A DNA stretch of 45,908 nt from Octopus bimaculoides (GCF_001194135.2 NC_068982.1:176707695-176753602); one strand, 5' to 3'. Shown: positions 11,237 through 24,812, counted from the stretch's first letter. A program made the numbers and translations. The notes: generated by a model from the letters alone, not told the origin.

Positions 11237-12450
11237 CTAGAAAACAGATATCAATACTTATAAATCCCTCGACGGCAGAAATTACCTAGGTACGTATAAG
11301 TTTTCTCAATTTAATAAAATTCTTACCTTTGTCAGATAGGCTATGGCTGACGGAAGTTGTCATCTGAGTAAAACTATTCTCAATCCACACGTCGTCGTAT
11401 TTAAATTGGCTAATATACATCTCCGACATTGTTCAGAGAAAAGGGTAAGTCATGATTAGAACACTTAGATAATAGGTTTATTTGATCAAAGTTGAAGAGG
11501 GGGGTAAACTACAACGACTATAATCAAGTATTCTAAAGACGTGAATCGTGAAAGATATTATCGCTGAACGTGTTTTTCGAATTTGAAATTCAAAGGAGAA
11601 TACTAGAAACCTTTTAGATTGACACTTTACGATTTCTGCAAATTTACTAAGTGAATAATTTATTAATGATACTGTTTGCACTGTGTATCAATGTCAGTTT
11701 TCCTGTAATATAATGGCTATTCTCGTTGATACCATTATCAGAGTTGTAGCAATAATTGTAATCATCGTCAGCAGCAGTAGCAGCAACAAAATAATTACAG
11801 TCGTTATTGGACTCATTATTATCGTCATCGTTGTTGTCGTTATTGTTGTCAATGTCGTCATCATTGTGAGAATCATCATTATCTCCCAGGGCATTTTGAA
11901 AAAAATTAAAATTTGACCGAAATAGAGACTCTTCTTCCTACGTCAAGGAGAGTTACAAGTAGTATGCCAGTAATAAAGGAAATATGAAACAAAGGAAAAG
12001 AAGGGTGAAAGAAAGAAAGAAAAAAGAAAGATGAAAAGAAAGAAAGTTTGAAAGAAAGAAAAGGACGAATGAATGAATTTTGTCATCTATATTTGTTACT
12101 TAAAGGAAGTAGGATTGTAAACAGCAAATGGACAGAAACTATAAAAGTGTTGGTGAAGGCAAGAATTACTTCCAGACAAGATGAAGTAAATAGAAAATGT
12201 TGGAAACTCAAATAATTCCAAAGAACTGCACTGATACCATTCATTTAAAACGGAATTCAGTAATAAAGTGCATGTACAAAGAATAGGGAGATAAGCACAC
12301 AAAACGAAGCAGTAGGAAAGGAAAATAATATAAAATGGTTAATAAAATATAAAACGCTAGAAAGAGTACTACTGCTACATCACTAGATCAACAAAAAGGT
12401 CTACTACTACTAGTACTACTATGGCCACTGCTATCACTGTAGTAGTAATA

Positions 12451-12664
12451 ATAATCTTTTCTACTATAGGCAGAAGACCTGAAATTTGGAGGGAAGGGAG
12501 CAAGTCGATTGCATCGATCCAAGTGTTTCACTGGTACTTAATGTATCGACTCCGAAAGGATGAAAGACAAAAATCGACCTCGGCAGAATTTGAACTCAGA
12601 ACTTAAGGACTGATGAAATGCCACTAAGCATTTTCCCCGGCATCCTAACATTTCTGGCAGCCTT
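12451..12664 (-). mobile_element. tRNA-type SINE, same family as 4454
   Basis: Contains ctggtactta..atcgactccgaaaggatgaaagacaaaatcgacctcggcagaatttgaactcagaac. Confidence 0.85.
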
Positions 12665-12679
12665 GATAATAATAGCAAT

Positions 12680-14170
12680 GTTTCTTTTCTAACAAGTAAA
12701 GGTTTACGAAAGGATTGAGATCGGTACAGGATGATACAATACGATGCGGGATTAGATGGAAGCGTGTAAATAATAAAATTCCAAAAGCAAAGGAACAAAA
12801 GTCACAAGCATGAAATAAATCTCTAAAAGGTGGAAATCTTCTGAGAGCTTCTTGTTTAACTCTATGGACCACTTGGAAAAAGCACACTCCGCATCCTTCC
12901 CTCAGTCTACGGGTGCATGTTCAGAGTCGACTCATTCAGTCAGACCATTCTTGCCACGTAACTCCACCATTCAGTACATCCTAATTTGAGCCTCACTTCC
13001 TTCATCAAATAAATATTAAAAAAAAAAAATGATGATGGTCTGACTAGTAGGAAGGTGTCTACTTTCAGCAATTTTGGTCTGATCTACTTCACAACCTCTT
13101 TCCCTAAAATCGCTACCTGTTCTTCCCTGGCAAAGGAAAGTGACAGGACGTTCTTCGGAATGGAATACGAAGCAGGGTAGCAGGGTACGTCCTACACGTA
13201 ACTTCAGCCGTTCCACTTAACTTCAAAAGTCGCCCATGGGCGGTTATTGGAAGAGGTCGTGCAGAACAATTTTGTCGCCTGAGTTAATCTCGAACCGGAA
13301 GTTAATCTAGTAGCACTGTAAGGCCAGATATCTCAGCAAATTACCCATCGACACTTGACCGAAAGTCGTCTGAAACAGTCTAGCTGCTTTATTTTCACCG
13401 ACCTGCAGTATCTCACGAAAGCAGTGTCGCTCGATACTTCTAGATCTCTATATAATCCAAAGTGGAACTTCTCGCGATCGCATTGTACAACTGGCAGGTG
13501 GCTGAGAGCGTTTGAAAACATACTAGTTCCGAAGCCCCCTGCCTCAGTTTACGTTTCTTTCCAGGTCTGCCTTTCAGTCAAAGAGACGAACTGTAGAAAA
13601 GCGAGTCTGACAAACGGTGACTACACCTGCTTACCATCAAGGAAATGCTGGAGATATCGCTGTCTAAGCTCATGCCTCAGCATCATTAGACACAGTATGC
13701 CCTGTCCTTCAAATAGCAGATGTTAATAAAAAGCTGGCGTGACTAACTTGTGGAAGGTGTCCCCTCCACAGAAAGTGGAGATCAGGAATTCCAGGCCAGC
13801 AGGACATGAACAGGGGCAAGGTACAATGGTCAAGCAGTAATATATAATGCATGCGATGTAAGCGTTCATTACCTCTGCGCTATCTTTCAGCGATAGCTTT
13901 CTTTTGGACCAATTCAGGTGTGTTGACCACTCTTCGCAATCTGGAGTAGTTTAAGCAGTTCGTCCATCCAGCTCCCAACGTCACTTTTTGATGGCGTGGG
14001 CCCACTGACTTACCTTGATTAATTGTTGCTCCTGTCACTGCCTCGTACTCTCTTAGAACAGGGCCTATTACCTCAATATGCTGCGTGTCCAACAGAATGA
14101 AGGTGACGTTGGCCGCACATACATACACACTTCTCCTACATCTTAGTTCCCACGGGATAACCTCGATGTC
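12680..14170 (-). mobile_element. 5'-truncated Tx1/L1-like LINE (RT C-terminal part through the 3' UTR), degenerate
   Basis: Minus-strand translation gives SVYVCAANVTFI (decayed YADD), IGPVLREYEAVTGATINQGKSVG and a C-terminal ...WSYVARMV*LNESTLNMHP*. A T-rich 3' UTR follows, ending in an A-rich stretch near 12680. Confidence 0.75.
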
Positions 14171-15076
14171 TCTAGTTTCCGTGGTAGTAGCTGAAGTGTA
14201 TGAACACACAGAAGAGACAAGAGGGGACAACTTTTACGAGATAAACACATGATACAGAATTGTTCTGATAGGAGACCAGTTGATCTAACAACAGTGCAGG
14301 CACCGCTGTACATTGTAACAATCCAGTTGCAAAAGACAGGACAGAAACGGCTGCTGTGAGAACAGCCGCCAAGTATATATAGTCATCTCTATAGAAAAAC
14401 CTTTCATTGATCAAAACTGATCTGCCACGCTCTTTAGCCACTCACTGTATGTTGTATTACATGAAGCGGTTGATCTGTGTGAAATTGCGAACGTTTGGGT
14501 AACAGCAATCAACGATCACAAGCTTGGCCAAAATGTTGAAATATAAGTTTAACAATGTTATGGGCCGAAAATGATCGGATCCTTTCTTAGCAGTATCATC
14601 GCTCTTCGGCAGTGAAAGTGGGAATTCTCACGTTATGCTGACTGGTGTGGTACATATCTACGACGAAACTAACAGAACAAGTCGAGGATATAAAAGTTAC
14701 AATCATATGTCCTCCTGTTGGTGTACGATATAACTTAGATAGATTGCAAAAAGACTAACTCTATGTAACTGCCCCGAAATCTCTTTCATACATTATTTCT
14801 CAATATATATGTATATATATGTGTGTATGTCTGCATACGTACGTCTGTAGTTGTGTGTATTAGGTAATTCCAATGCTCGAAACTCTTGGTCTCTTTAGCC
14901 ACTTAAGTCCGTAGATACCTTCTCCTTCCTCTCTTTTGCTGGCAGCTATCAACTCTGCAGCCATAATACAGAATGTCCTTGTTTTACTATAATCTAACAC
15001 TTATACTAGTTTCTTTATTCTCATTGAATGCTTTAGTCTGAGTCAGGATTTTGCATTTTCTTTCCTTATTGCTATT

Positions 15077-15308
15077 TATTTGGTTGTCCGGATACTTCGT
15101 GCCGACTTATAGTAGCTTACCTTTGGACTTATTTGCCATGAAAGCACCTCAATTCTGGGAAGAGGGTATTTTCAAGTTAAAGGAATGATGGAGACGCATT
15201 GTGCAGCAAAATGGTTCATATATGGTTGATTAAAAATGTAATACCAAGTATTTATTGACCTTTTTCTTTCTTTTAAAAATCGGCACGAACTTTCCGGACA
15301 ACCCAATA
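15077..15308. mobile_element. Mariner-derived MITE, 232 bp, ~29-bp TIRs with terminal TA
   Basis: Left end tatttggttgtccggatacttcgtgccga versus right-end reverse complement tattgggttgtccggaaagttcgtgccga. Confidence 0.85.
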
Positions 15309-17637
15309 TTTTCCTTTCTTTTCTAAATTTCAGTTTAGCAGAAGACCTGATTAACGTCGAATGACTGCTGATTTCTGCTGCTGCATGCATCCTTTGAAAA
15401 TTAACGTATCAACTGATTATAATTAATTTAATGGGGAAGTCAAACATTCGGGACGCAAGTTCAAATTACAGTCACAACCAAATATAGTTTTGTATATACA
15501 ATTTGCAATATGTGAATGTGTCTGCATGTGTTTGCGTATTTATGTATGTATTTTGGTTTTTAAGCATATGCACATCTGTAAATGATGATTTGGAAGCATT
15601 TGTCATTATTATTTCACCAAACCACTAAAAGTCTTGTATGAAAGCCACCGCCATCTTCTTTCGTCTTCAAACCTAATAAGCAATACATTTTCTCGTTTTG
15701 CCAGTGCGGTTGCAGTTTCCCGTTGAGCATTTTACGACAGATATTTGATACATCGTCATAACCATATACTAATATAGCCCTAATTATTTTGAGAGCAATT
15801 ATTTCAAAAGCATAATCATGTTTGGAAGATGTTTTTTCTTGTGAAATTCATTTCATATCGTTCATTTCCTTTTTAAGTGTTCACAATATAAACTAACATA
15901 TTAATTAATATATGAATTAAAACTTGGATTAAAATTTGCACTGCAGGTTTCGCACTCATCATAATCCGTTAAGTAACTGCAGAATCACATACATAAAAAT
16001 AATTGCTGATTATAAATTGACATTAAAGGTTATAAGACAATGATAAACAAAAAAACAAATATTGTATCGTAATATTATGAATAATTGTGTCATTTTCATG
16101 CAAATTAGAAACAGAAATGAATGGTAATTAATTTATAGCAACTAGATCGGTGTTTACTGATTAAGGATGTTTACCAACCTGAACTGTCACTTTCTGTTAT
16201 TACTGCAATATTAATATGAATCACAACCAATATCCAAATAACCAAATTATCATCGTGTAACAAGCGATGATCGCACCAACCGCCTTACAACAGACTTTAC
16301 TGATTATAAAATAAACAATAATTTATGTTAATTATTAAAGACTAATTTCCATGAAAGTGGAAAGTATCAAATAATTACTCATGAAGATTAAAACTTCGAA
16401 AATTGTAGTTTCAGTCAGTACAGATGTCCTGTTAAATTGTTGCTTCAGTTTTAATTAGTGTAATAGGCTGAATTATCATGTTGAGGGTAAAATGATATAC
16501 CTTTCCCCAATAAAAATTTGGACGAATTTTAAAATTCCGCTTTTGTACAGTATTACAATATTACTGTAATTTTTCTCTTTTTTCCAGGTACACAATGATT
16601 ACTCAAGTCAGCGTTACAGGCTAAAGAAACACTATTTAAAATAAAGTATCTTTCATCTTTATTTTTTGTTAAATATAATGCTCGTGCTTGATTTATACCA
16701 TTGATGACATAATTCGAAACAACAATCTCTCAGCTCCCTCATAAAATGACCTACTGCTAGCTGCTCTCTCATCGAAAACACTATCTGCTCTACTACAGGA
16801 CATGACATTAGGTTCTATTCTTTACGATCTATTTCCTGTACATAAGAGACATGCTGCTGTAAAATAAGTCCAACATCTTTCACAACTTCCGAGTTGAAAC
16901 TATCTGTTCACGTTTTAATACTCTCATCAAAACCAAAAATGCCACCTAATCTCCTCAAATACAAGTAAAACATTGACAGAAGTGTGCTACTCGTATCCCT
17001 AGTACGATGGCGAGTTTATCTTCTCTGAAATTTGTGTTGCACTTATAACCTTGATTCTAAGCATTCCAATGATTTCACAGAATATAAGTTGGTCTCACTT
17101 GGAAATTTCAAGCCTTCTTCTAAATCTGCAGACTCAGTATATTACTAGGAATGTTAAAGAGCTGGATAGAAAGCGTCATGACATTTGTTACAACTATCTG
17201 CGCTCTGAATTGAAATCCTGCTGGGGTTATCAACTGTGCCGATAAAATGAAGTAACAGTAAAGTAAGGGAATGATGGTATGGGAAGTAATCCCATCATTT
17301 CAGCATTACTAGTCATGTGCCTAAATTAGAAACTGTTATTTAATGTTGTTCAGCCAGTAGCTGAATGTTATTTAATGTTGTTCAGCCAAGTAAGGAGTAT
17401 GGCCTTAGAAAACTGCTAAAGTCATTGTTGAATCTTAACACTTCGGAGCGTCTTACGTTAAATGTGTGCACTTAACGCAGAAATGGATTGCTTCCCTTTA
17501 TTGCTTTTCTAAATAATTTCAGATATTTATTTTAACATACATATCATTTTGATTTATGTTGACTTCAATTGATACATCCATATATATATGTATTCAATAC
17601 CCACCATATATATATAGATAGATAGATATATATTCAT

Positions 17638-18101
17638 AATTGTTAAAGAGAACAACGAAAGTTAAGGTAAGACAAACCTCTCAAGTCATATACGTTATTA
17701 TTATTGGAAAAATTCAAAGTCTTACAGCTGTTTCTGGGATATCTCAGTGTATGAGATATCCGTCATCGGAGACAAATAGGGAAAATGAGAAGAGTATAGA
17801 TTAATGAAATGACGACTCAGAAGACCGGAGAAAAGGAATAATGAGATGAAGAAAGAGAAGAAAAAAGAAGCACAAAAGTACACAGTTCAACTTTCCGATC
17901 ATGTAGAAGTGCAATCCTGTGTAAATCCATTCATTAATCTATACCCTTCTCATTTTCCCTATTTATCCCCGATGACGGAATATCCCATACTCTCGGATAT
18001 CCCAGAAATGACTTTAATACTTTCGACTTTTCAAATGATAATAACGTATATGACTTGAGATGTTTGTCTTGTCTTAGCATTTATTGTCCTCTTTAACAAT
18101 T
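17638..18101. mobile_element. Inverted repeat (arms ~17638-17808 and ~17930-18101), Penelope-like inverted terminal structure
   Basis: Shared blocks read in opposite orientation: ctctttaacaatt, aataacgtatatgacttgaga, gatatcccagaaa, ccgatgacgg, ttctcattttccctattt and ttcattaatctatac. Confidence 0.8.
17719..17773 (-). ncRNA. Minimal type I hammerhead-like motif with palindromic stem III (U4->C variant)
   Basis: The minus strand reads gtct-CCGATGA-c-GGATATCTCA tacac TGAGATATCC-ca-GAAA-CAGCTG-TA-agac. Confidence 0.6.
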
Positions 18102-18243
18102 TTATATCCGCTATAACGGAAATCTACAATGGCTCCATAACTACCGTCTTGACTATAAACTTGGAGCCCTGATAATCCGTTACAGCATTTACCTAGCATA
18201 ACTAGTCGTTTAGATCACCTGTGAACTAAACCCCCATACTTCG

Positions 18244-18296
<53 letters not shown>

Positions 18297-18397
18297 TTAT
18301 TTATTTATAATATAATATAGGATAAATTCTTTATAAGAATTTATCTAGTAGTCAGCGTGAAAAAAACCTCATAATGAAAAAATAACGAAAAATTTAT

Positions 18398-18399
<2 letters not shown>

Positions 18400-18457
<58 letters not shown>
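18400..18457. repeat. (GATA)n microsatellite
   Basis: Direct reading of the sequence. Confidence 0.95.
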
Positions 18458-18458
<1 letters not shown>

Positions 18459-20316
18459 CATACGGCGTAAGAATATTCGACAACGAATTATTCTAGCCTG
18501 AGAATTGGATATTATTACAGCTTTTCATCTCCTTTCCGTACCTGATAATAATAGTTCATCATGGATGTCATTGGAACATTTTTTACGTAGCTTATTACAT
18601 AGTAAGTGTAAATAAATTGTCTCATCCTAACGAAATCTTCTTAACATGAATAATAATGATAGATCTATTTAGTCTGAGACTCCTTCGTGAGATGTGTGCA
18701 ACTATGAGCTATTTCATTTTTTTAATATCTATCCAAGGAATTAGCAATGTCTACTAAAACTTTTATGACATCTGACATATCCTCTTAAAATACTTAAAAC
18801 GTATTCAACATTACTTCTAAAATGTTATATTTATTTTCATTTCATTCGCAGTTCAATTGCACTTTTCTCTTCCTGTCTCTACCAACATTTCTTCGTTTTA
18901 CATTTCTAATTTTGAAGCAATGATTATATTTTTATTATACAAATACTTTTTCTTTCTAGTCCCAAATATTCATTTCAATTCATTTACTCTATGTTTGTTC
19001 CTAGTTATCAATAATACTTTTAAAATGTTTCCAAGTAATTACTGTTATAATAGGTTGTTCAATTTTTAAAATATTGTAAAATGTAATTACGTTGACAGAC
19101 GTTGAATTTAAGATTTAGCCAACTGGAAGTGTTTTAGTACACGGAAGACATTTCTAGATATTATTATCAATCTGAGAATATAATATTTCCCATCCCCGCT
19201 TTAACCAACTTTTGATTTGTTGCAATATCTCTGCGTATCTAAGAATAATCTTAAAGAGCAAACTATTTCTTTAAATATAAACTGAATTTTATTGGAACTT
19301 TCTGGGGTAGGCTAAGATAGAAATGTCAAACATGATATAAGTTTGTCATGAAATTCACTTAAATTGACTTTATTTCGCTTCTGTGATAGACATCATGGTT
19401 GCCATTACTTCGGACCGAATGTACTGTCCAGGACCTCACACAGTAGAGTATAGTATCACTCTATCAGCGACTTTGAGTTTTGTGGAACTCCTGGCCTCTG
19501 ACTTTATATAACTCTCATCTCTTAGATCTGAAGTTGTTGCTGGCATCCTTTTGTCTCAGGAGACAATGGAGTTGTGCATCAACTAATCCAGTCTGGTTTT
19601 TACATTTCATGTCCTCTCCAGTTTCCTCTCCAGTTTTGCGCAGGCCTGAGCTAGATGTAATATGCCTTGTTGGGAAAATATACATTTCTTTGATTTTGTC
19701 TTTTGTCTTTCATCGGGAATAGGGTGCTATGTACACTAAGATAATTATTGATTTACAGTTTTGATAAGGAGAGTTCGTTTGAGAGGATTTGACCATCTAT
19801 TTCCTGGCGCTCGAGGCATCTTTGGAGGTAGGTCTGGGTGATTCTATACCAACGAACTCAATTTTCTGCAGTGACAGCGTAGATGTTACGCCTTGCAACC
19901 TGTTATATGATATGTGCTCGCCATTCTTCCATAGTCATGCAGGTTTCTGCAACTGCCCAGTTCCCAGCCCTTTGCTGCAACTCAGCTCGAGCGAGGTTCC
20001 GCTTGACAGCCGCCTTACATGCGCCATTTCTGTACAATTAAGGAACAGCGAGTAGGGAGGCAGAAGTTTCAGACTGATCTAATCCTAAATTGTGCGAATT
20101 TAACCCTCACGCACACTTTATTCTTACAGTCCGGAAGATATTACAAAGCGGACTGTAATGTGTACATTTAAACTAAATTCTGTGTTGGCTTCCAAATGCC
20201 GACTTCAGTTATATAAATGACCGAAATTTAGATAAACTCGACTCGTATCAGTCAACCAGATTCCGGTCACAGTGGTGTGCTTGGGAAGGATAAGGGAGTG
20301 AGGCTAATTGACAGGT

Positions 20317-21186
20317 TACAGGGTGGTATCAAAAGGTTCGCGGCCATTTAAGTTTAATAAAAATTAAGCTATTTACATAAGTTTTAACATCATCTCCTTC
20401 GAAATAGTTACATTGCTCAGCAATACACCGGTCCGAGCGTTCCTGCCACTTTTCGAATCCAGCCTGGAAGTCGTTGTTCGTAAGCGAGTGGAGGACCTTC
20501 AGCGATTCACTCTGGATCTCGACATCGGTGCTAAAACGACGATACTTGAGCTGCATTTTCACCTTGGGAAAATATCTAGGTGCTAAATCTGGCGAATAGG
20601 GCGGGTGCAGAAGTGATACCATGTTGTTTTGGGTGAGAGACTCACGAATGAGGAAATCTCGGTGGCAGCGTGCATTGTTGTAGTGAAGAATCCAATTCTT
20701 CGCGCTTCACAGATCCGGTCGCTTTCGCCAAATGCTCTCTCAAAAGCTTCAAACGTCATTGATTTTTTTCCGATGATCCTCATGCACAAGCTGATGATTT
20801 TTTTTTCTCACATTTCTGGGGGTGACGCTCATGGCAAGTCCTCCAGATCGCTAATCGTTTTCCAGAGACATTCTTCCGTTTTGAAGCGCCCGTACTACTC
20901 GATACTTTGTGTATGACGCATTGCCCCGTCGCCGTAAGTTTGCCGAACCATGCTCAATATTTCCGTAATAGACTTCCCAAGTTTAACGCAATATTTGACG
21001 TTGGCTTTTGTTCCAACATCCTATCCATGACACAAATTTCTCAACTTGAGAAGTAAATACAGCAATGCCGCTCGGCACACTACCTCGTGAAGGTCATTGC
21101 TAGCTCTCACAGCGCACGCAACCGTGTTGTGCTATCTGTTTGGGTGCTAGAGAACTTTCTAAGAACCTTTTGATACCACCCCCTAT
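20317..21186 (-). mobile_element. Internally deleted mariner element (~870 bp) with TIRs and a transposase C-terminal remnant
   Basis: TIRs are gggtggtatcaaaaggtt and aaccttttgataccaccc. Minus-strand translation gives LLHPPYSPDLAP...FEKWQERSDRCIAEQCNYFEGD. Confidence 0.9.
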
Positions 21187-21683
21187 AAGACATCGATAAC
21201 ACGTCCAAATAATCCAGCTGCACACCTCAAAATATATGAATATGCTGAAGATCTCTCTTGAAAAATACTTTTTAAAATAGTATAAATCATTTACGGTTAT
21301 TAAAGTTTTGTTCTTTTAGCATTATCGTTTTTCTTACTCCGATTTAGCAAATCTATATTCAACGACTATCTAGACATATGACTGGCCTGTTATTTCTACT
21401 ACATTTTTTTTTCTTAAACGGCATCATGTCATATGAGGATGAATTAGAGACTACATTTTAGATGTTACCGTGTATGAAGAGTTCAAGAAACGGAATTCAA
21501 AATTCAAAAATTTTCATTGTAAATTGATATTCTTAAGAACGTATTGACATTTCTTGTATATCTATACAGATATGTATTCAAGAATATTTGCATCCACACA
21601 CACATACATGTATATATGCACATACAGACACACACACGAAGACAAAGACAGAGACAAATAGGCATACAGATGGGGAGAAGGAA

Positions 21684-21687
<4 letters not shown>

Positions 21688-21733
<46 letters not shown>
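21688..21733. repeat. (GA)n microsatellite
   Basis: Direct reading of the sequence. Confidence 0.95.
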
Positions 21734-21735
<2 letters not shown>

Positions 21736-21929
21736 GCGTACGCTATGACAAACACTTGCACACACATATATATTTGTAAGTGAGGGTGATACATGAGGAT
21801 AAACAAAAAGACTAAGAGTAAAACAGAATTATATAATACAAGATAGATGCACACATGAACTTGCATAAATACATGTGTCCGTATGTTTTCATATACATAC
21901 ACATGTGTGTGTTAGTGTGTGTGTGTAAG

Positions 21930-21972
<43 letters not shown>

Positions 21973-22294
21973 ATTATATATATCTGCGTTTGTGTGTGTA
22001 TGTTTGGATGTATATGCGCGCATAACGAGTGGGGGGGGAGCACGAGAGAGAGAAAGAGAGAGAAAGAGAGAGAAAGAGAGAGAAAGAGAGAGAAAGAGAT
22101 AAGCGGTGGGCAACGTATCTACGTTCTAAATGCAGGACTGTCAACATCGACAAGAAAAAATCTGGATGAAACAATTACGAAATGGAATAGGATCAAAATT
22201 GCAACAGGAGGAAGAATAGCTAAAATATAATGTATGAACTACGTCAGTATAATTCCATTTACGACTTCAGTGGTCTCTTTTATAAAATAATGAC

Positions 22295-22362
<68 letters not shown>

Positions 22363-22400
22363 TTATTATTATTATTATTATTATCATTATTATTATTATA
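22295..22400. repeat. (AAT)n followed by (ATT)n, an AT-only palindromic microsatellite
   Basis: Direct reading; the switch point is at 22360-22361. Confidence 0.95.
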
Positions 22401-23497
22401 AATAATTATAAATAAATAAAAATTCTTTAACAGTTTCTAAACAACACTGAGATCTTTAACGTCTATCATTATTGAAATAAATTAAATATTTATCGAACAC
22501 AATAGCAACCATTACATTCTTCTTTAAACTCTCTGACAGATTTCAGCTTTTACTTGATAATGCATGCCACCATTTCTGAATACGAATCTATACGAGACAT
22601 ACCTGATACTTGCTCATTGTTTGCGAGTAAAATCTAGAAATGAATATATACACATACATATGTGTGTGTGCGTGCGTGCGTGCGTGTGTATGTTCGCGCG
22701 CGCATCTGTATGTATGTGCCCGAGTGTGAGGAAACTTCTAGATATTATTATCAAACTTTTTATTTTGGAGCGCAATTTTGTTAGCAAAATAAGGAACAGA
22801 ATGAGAAAAGCATAAGAGAATATATTATAGTTCTATATAATGAGAATATATTATGTTGTGTTCTGTACATTATATGGTATTCACTTCTTTATAAATTTTA
22901 TTCAGTATTAAATTCTCATCAGTATGCTGTACATTTTGCAATGATAATACTTTCTCACATATCATTGTAGTAATCATGTACATATGTATAAATCTGAGGA
23001 AGTCATAAATGCAGTTTAAATTTCTATAGAACGCGAGAAAAATAATTTGTTACATTAAGTTCAAAATATTCTTTCGGTTTATCTATAAAACTAGCTCTTT
23101 GAATGCAACGATCTTGCCTGGTAACTCGAAAAATTACATTACATTCAATACGTTAAATATTGCACACTTGCAGAAGACCTATCTACAAAGAAGAAGAGTT
23201 GGAAACACTTAATTTTTAGCGGGCTGAAAATAAAATTATAGTAGTCCTGTAAAGCATGGAGGGTTATTAAATAAAAAAATCATAATTTTTCTATACTATT
23301 TGGTGTAATGGTATATACATGCACTCTCCCGTTGCTCATGGCCCTTTCATATTTCTGGTATTGATAAAATAATCCCTAGTAATATATTTGTGTCACAAAA
23401 TATGTACATATTATTATTCTTAGAAAATGTGGGTAATATTTAATTAAAAGAATGAGAAACATTGAAAGACATTACGCTACATTACATTATACAAAAT

Positions 23498-23707
23498 AAT
23501 ATTGGTTTAAAATTTTAGCACAAGACCAGAAAGTTTGGGAAAAGTGTAAGTAGAGTACATCGGCCCCAGTGTCAATTGATACCTATTTTATAGAGCTCGA
23601 AAAGGCAAAATCGTTCATAGCGGAATTTGTACTCTCAACGCAAAGACGGACGAAATGTCGCTAAATATTTTGCCGATGTGCCAACGATCTTCCCACTTCA
23701 CCGCCTT
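23498..23707 (-). mobile_element. tRNA-type SINE, diverged copy
   Basis: Contains atattggtttaaaattttagcacaag...gacggacgaaatgtcgctaaatattttgccg...caccgcctt. Confidence 0.8.
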
Positions 23708-23769
23708 TCCATGCCTGCCAATTTAGAAGTAATATTACGATATGTTAAAGTTCTATTCACTACTCAAAA

Positions 23770-23935
23770 AACCAACAAGTTTGGGTAAGGGGTAAGGCGA
23801 ATACATCGACACTAGTGTCAACTGGTACTTATTTTATCGAGCCTAGAAAGGCAAAGCGAACTACAGCGTAATTTGAACTCAGAACGTAAAAACGGACAAA
23901 ATGTCACTAAGTATTTTGCCCGGCGTGCTAACGAT
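23770..23935 (-). mobile_element. tRNA-type SINE, diverged and truncated copy
   Basis: Contains aactggtacttattttatcga...aatttgaactcagaacgtaaa...tattttgcccggcgtgctaacg. Confidence 0.8.
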
Positions 23936-23991
23936 ATATATATATATATACATATATACGTGTGTGTGTATGTTGGTGTCTGTATTTTGGT

Positions 23992-24690
23992 GGCAAATTT
24001 TAGTAGTGGCTGGCCAGGTTTGGCTGAAGAGAATCAGGAACCGTTTGGCGCTAAATTCGAAAAATAAATATCAAATTAACCAACATTACTTTTGCTGACT
24101 TAGCAGGGGTTAGATGTTATTATTGTTCACTGGAAGTTTTTCCTCTCATCCATGTATTAATTTTGTGACTATTCCGTGGCACAAAAGTATTTTTGACTTC
24201 TATTTCTAGTGATGCAAGTGCTCACGCAGTATCCTTGTATATAAATGTATGTATAAATCTTATATATGTTTTATTAACTTTACCTGTACGTCTGCTCTTC
24301 ACTGCCACTAGTGCTAACAGTCTTATATTTACTGATTCAGGATTTCACGTATTTCTTTTATCTAAGTGGTGTTTGGCGACTGTAAACGAATTTGCAATGG
24401 TTGGTGGGCAGGTTTCACCGAGGAGAATGAGGCATCGTTTGGCGCTAAATTCGAAATCATGATTTCAAATTAAGCAGCATTGCTTTTGCAAACCTATCAT
24501 GCTTGTATTAATTTTGTGATTATTACATGGCACAGAAGTATTTTTTACTTCTATTTATTGCGATGCAGGTGCTCACGTAGTATCTTTGTGTATAAATCAT
24601 ATAGATATATATATCTTTTGTCAATTTTGCCTGGACTGCTGGTATCTGTTGCCACTAGCGATGGTATTTTGATAGTACTATCACTCTGAT
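23992..24690. repeat. Diverged tandem duplication, two units of ~350-395 bp
   Basis: Collinear anchors: cgtttggcgctaaattcgaaa (24042 and 24436), tgtattaattttgtga, gatgcaRgtgctcacg (24211 and 24562) and tgccactag. Confidence 0.85.
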
Positions 24691-24704
24691 ATTTACTTAT
24701 ATGC

Positions 24705-24726
24705 ATATATATATATATATATATAT

Positions 24727-24812
<86 letters not shown>
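24705..24812. repeat. (TA)n(GA)n compound microsatellite
   Basis: Direct reading of the sequence. Confidence 0.95.

Noticed and set aside
16220-16299. Minus-strand exon-like segment (KVCCKAVGAIIACYTMIIWLFGYWL*) and a plus-strand acceptor at ~16588
   Set aside because: All frames close quickly and no compatible partner exons were found, so the support is too weak.
19400-20060. GC-elevated stretch resembling a decayed retroelement ORF
   Set aside because: No diagnostic motif could be read in any frame, so it is left unassigned.
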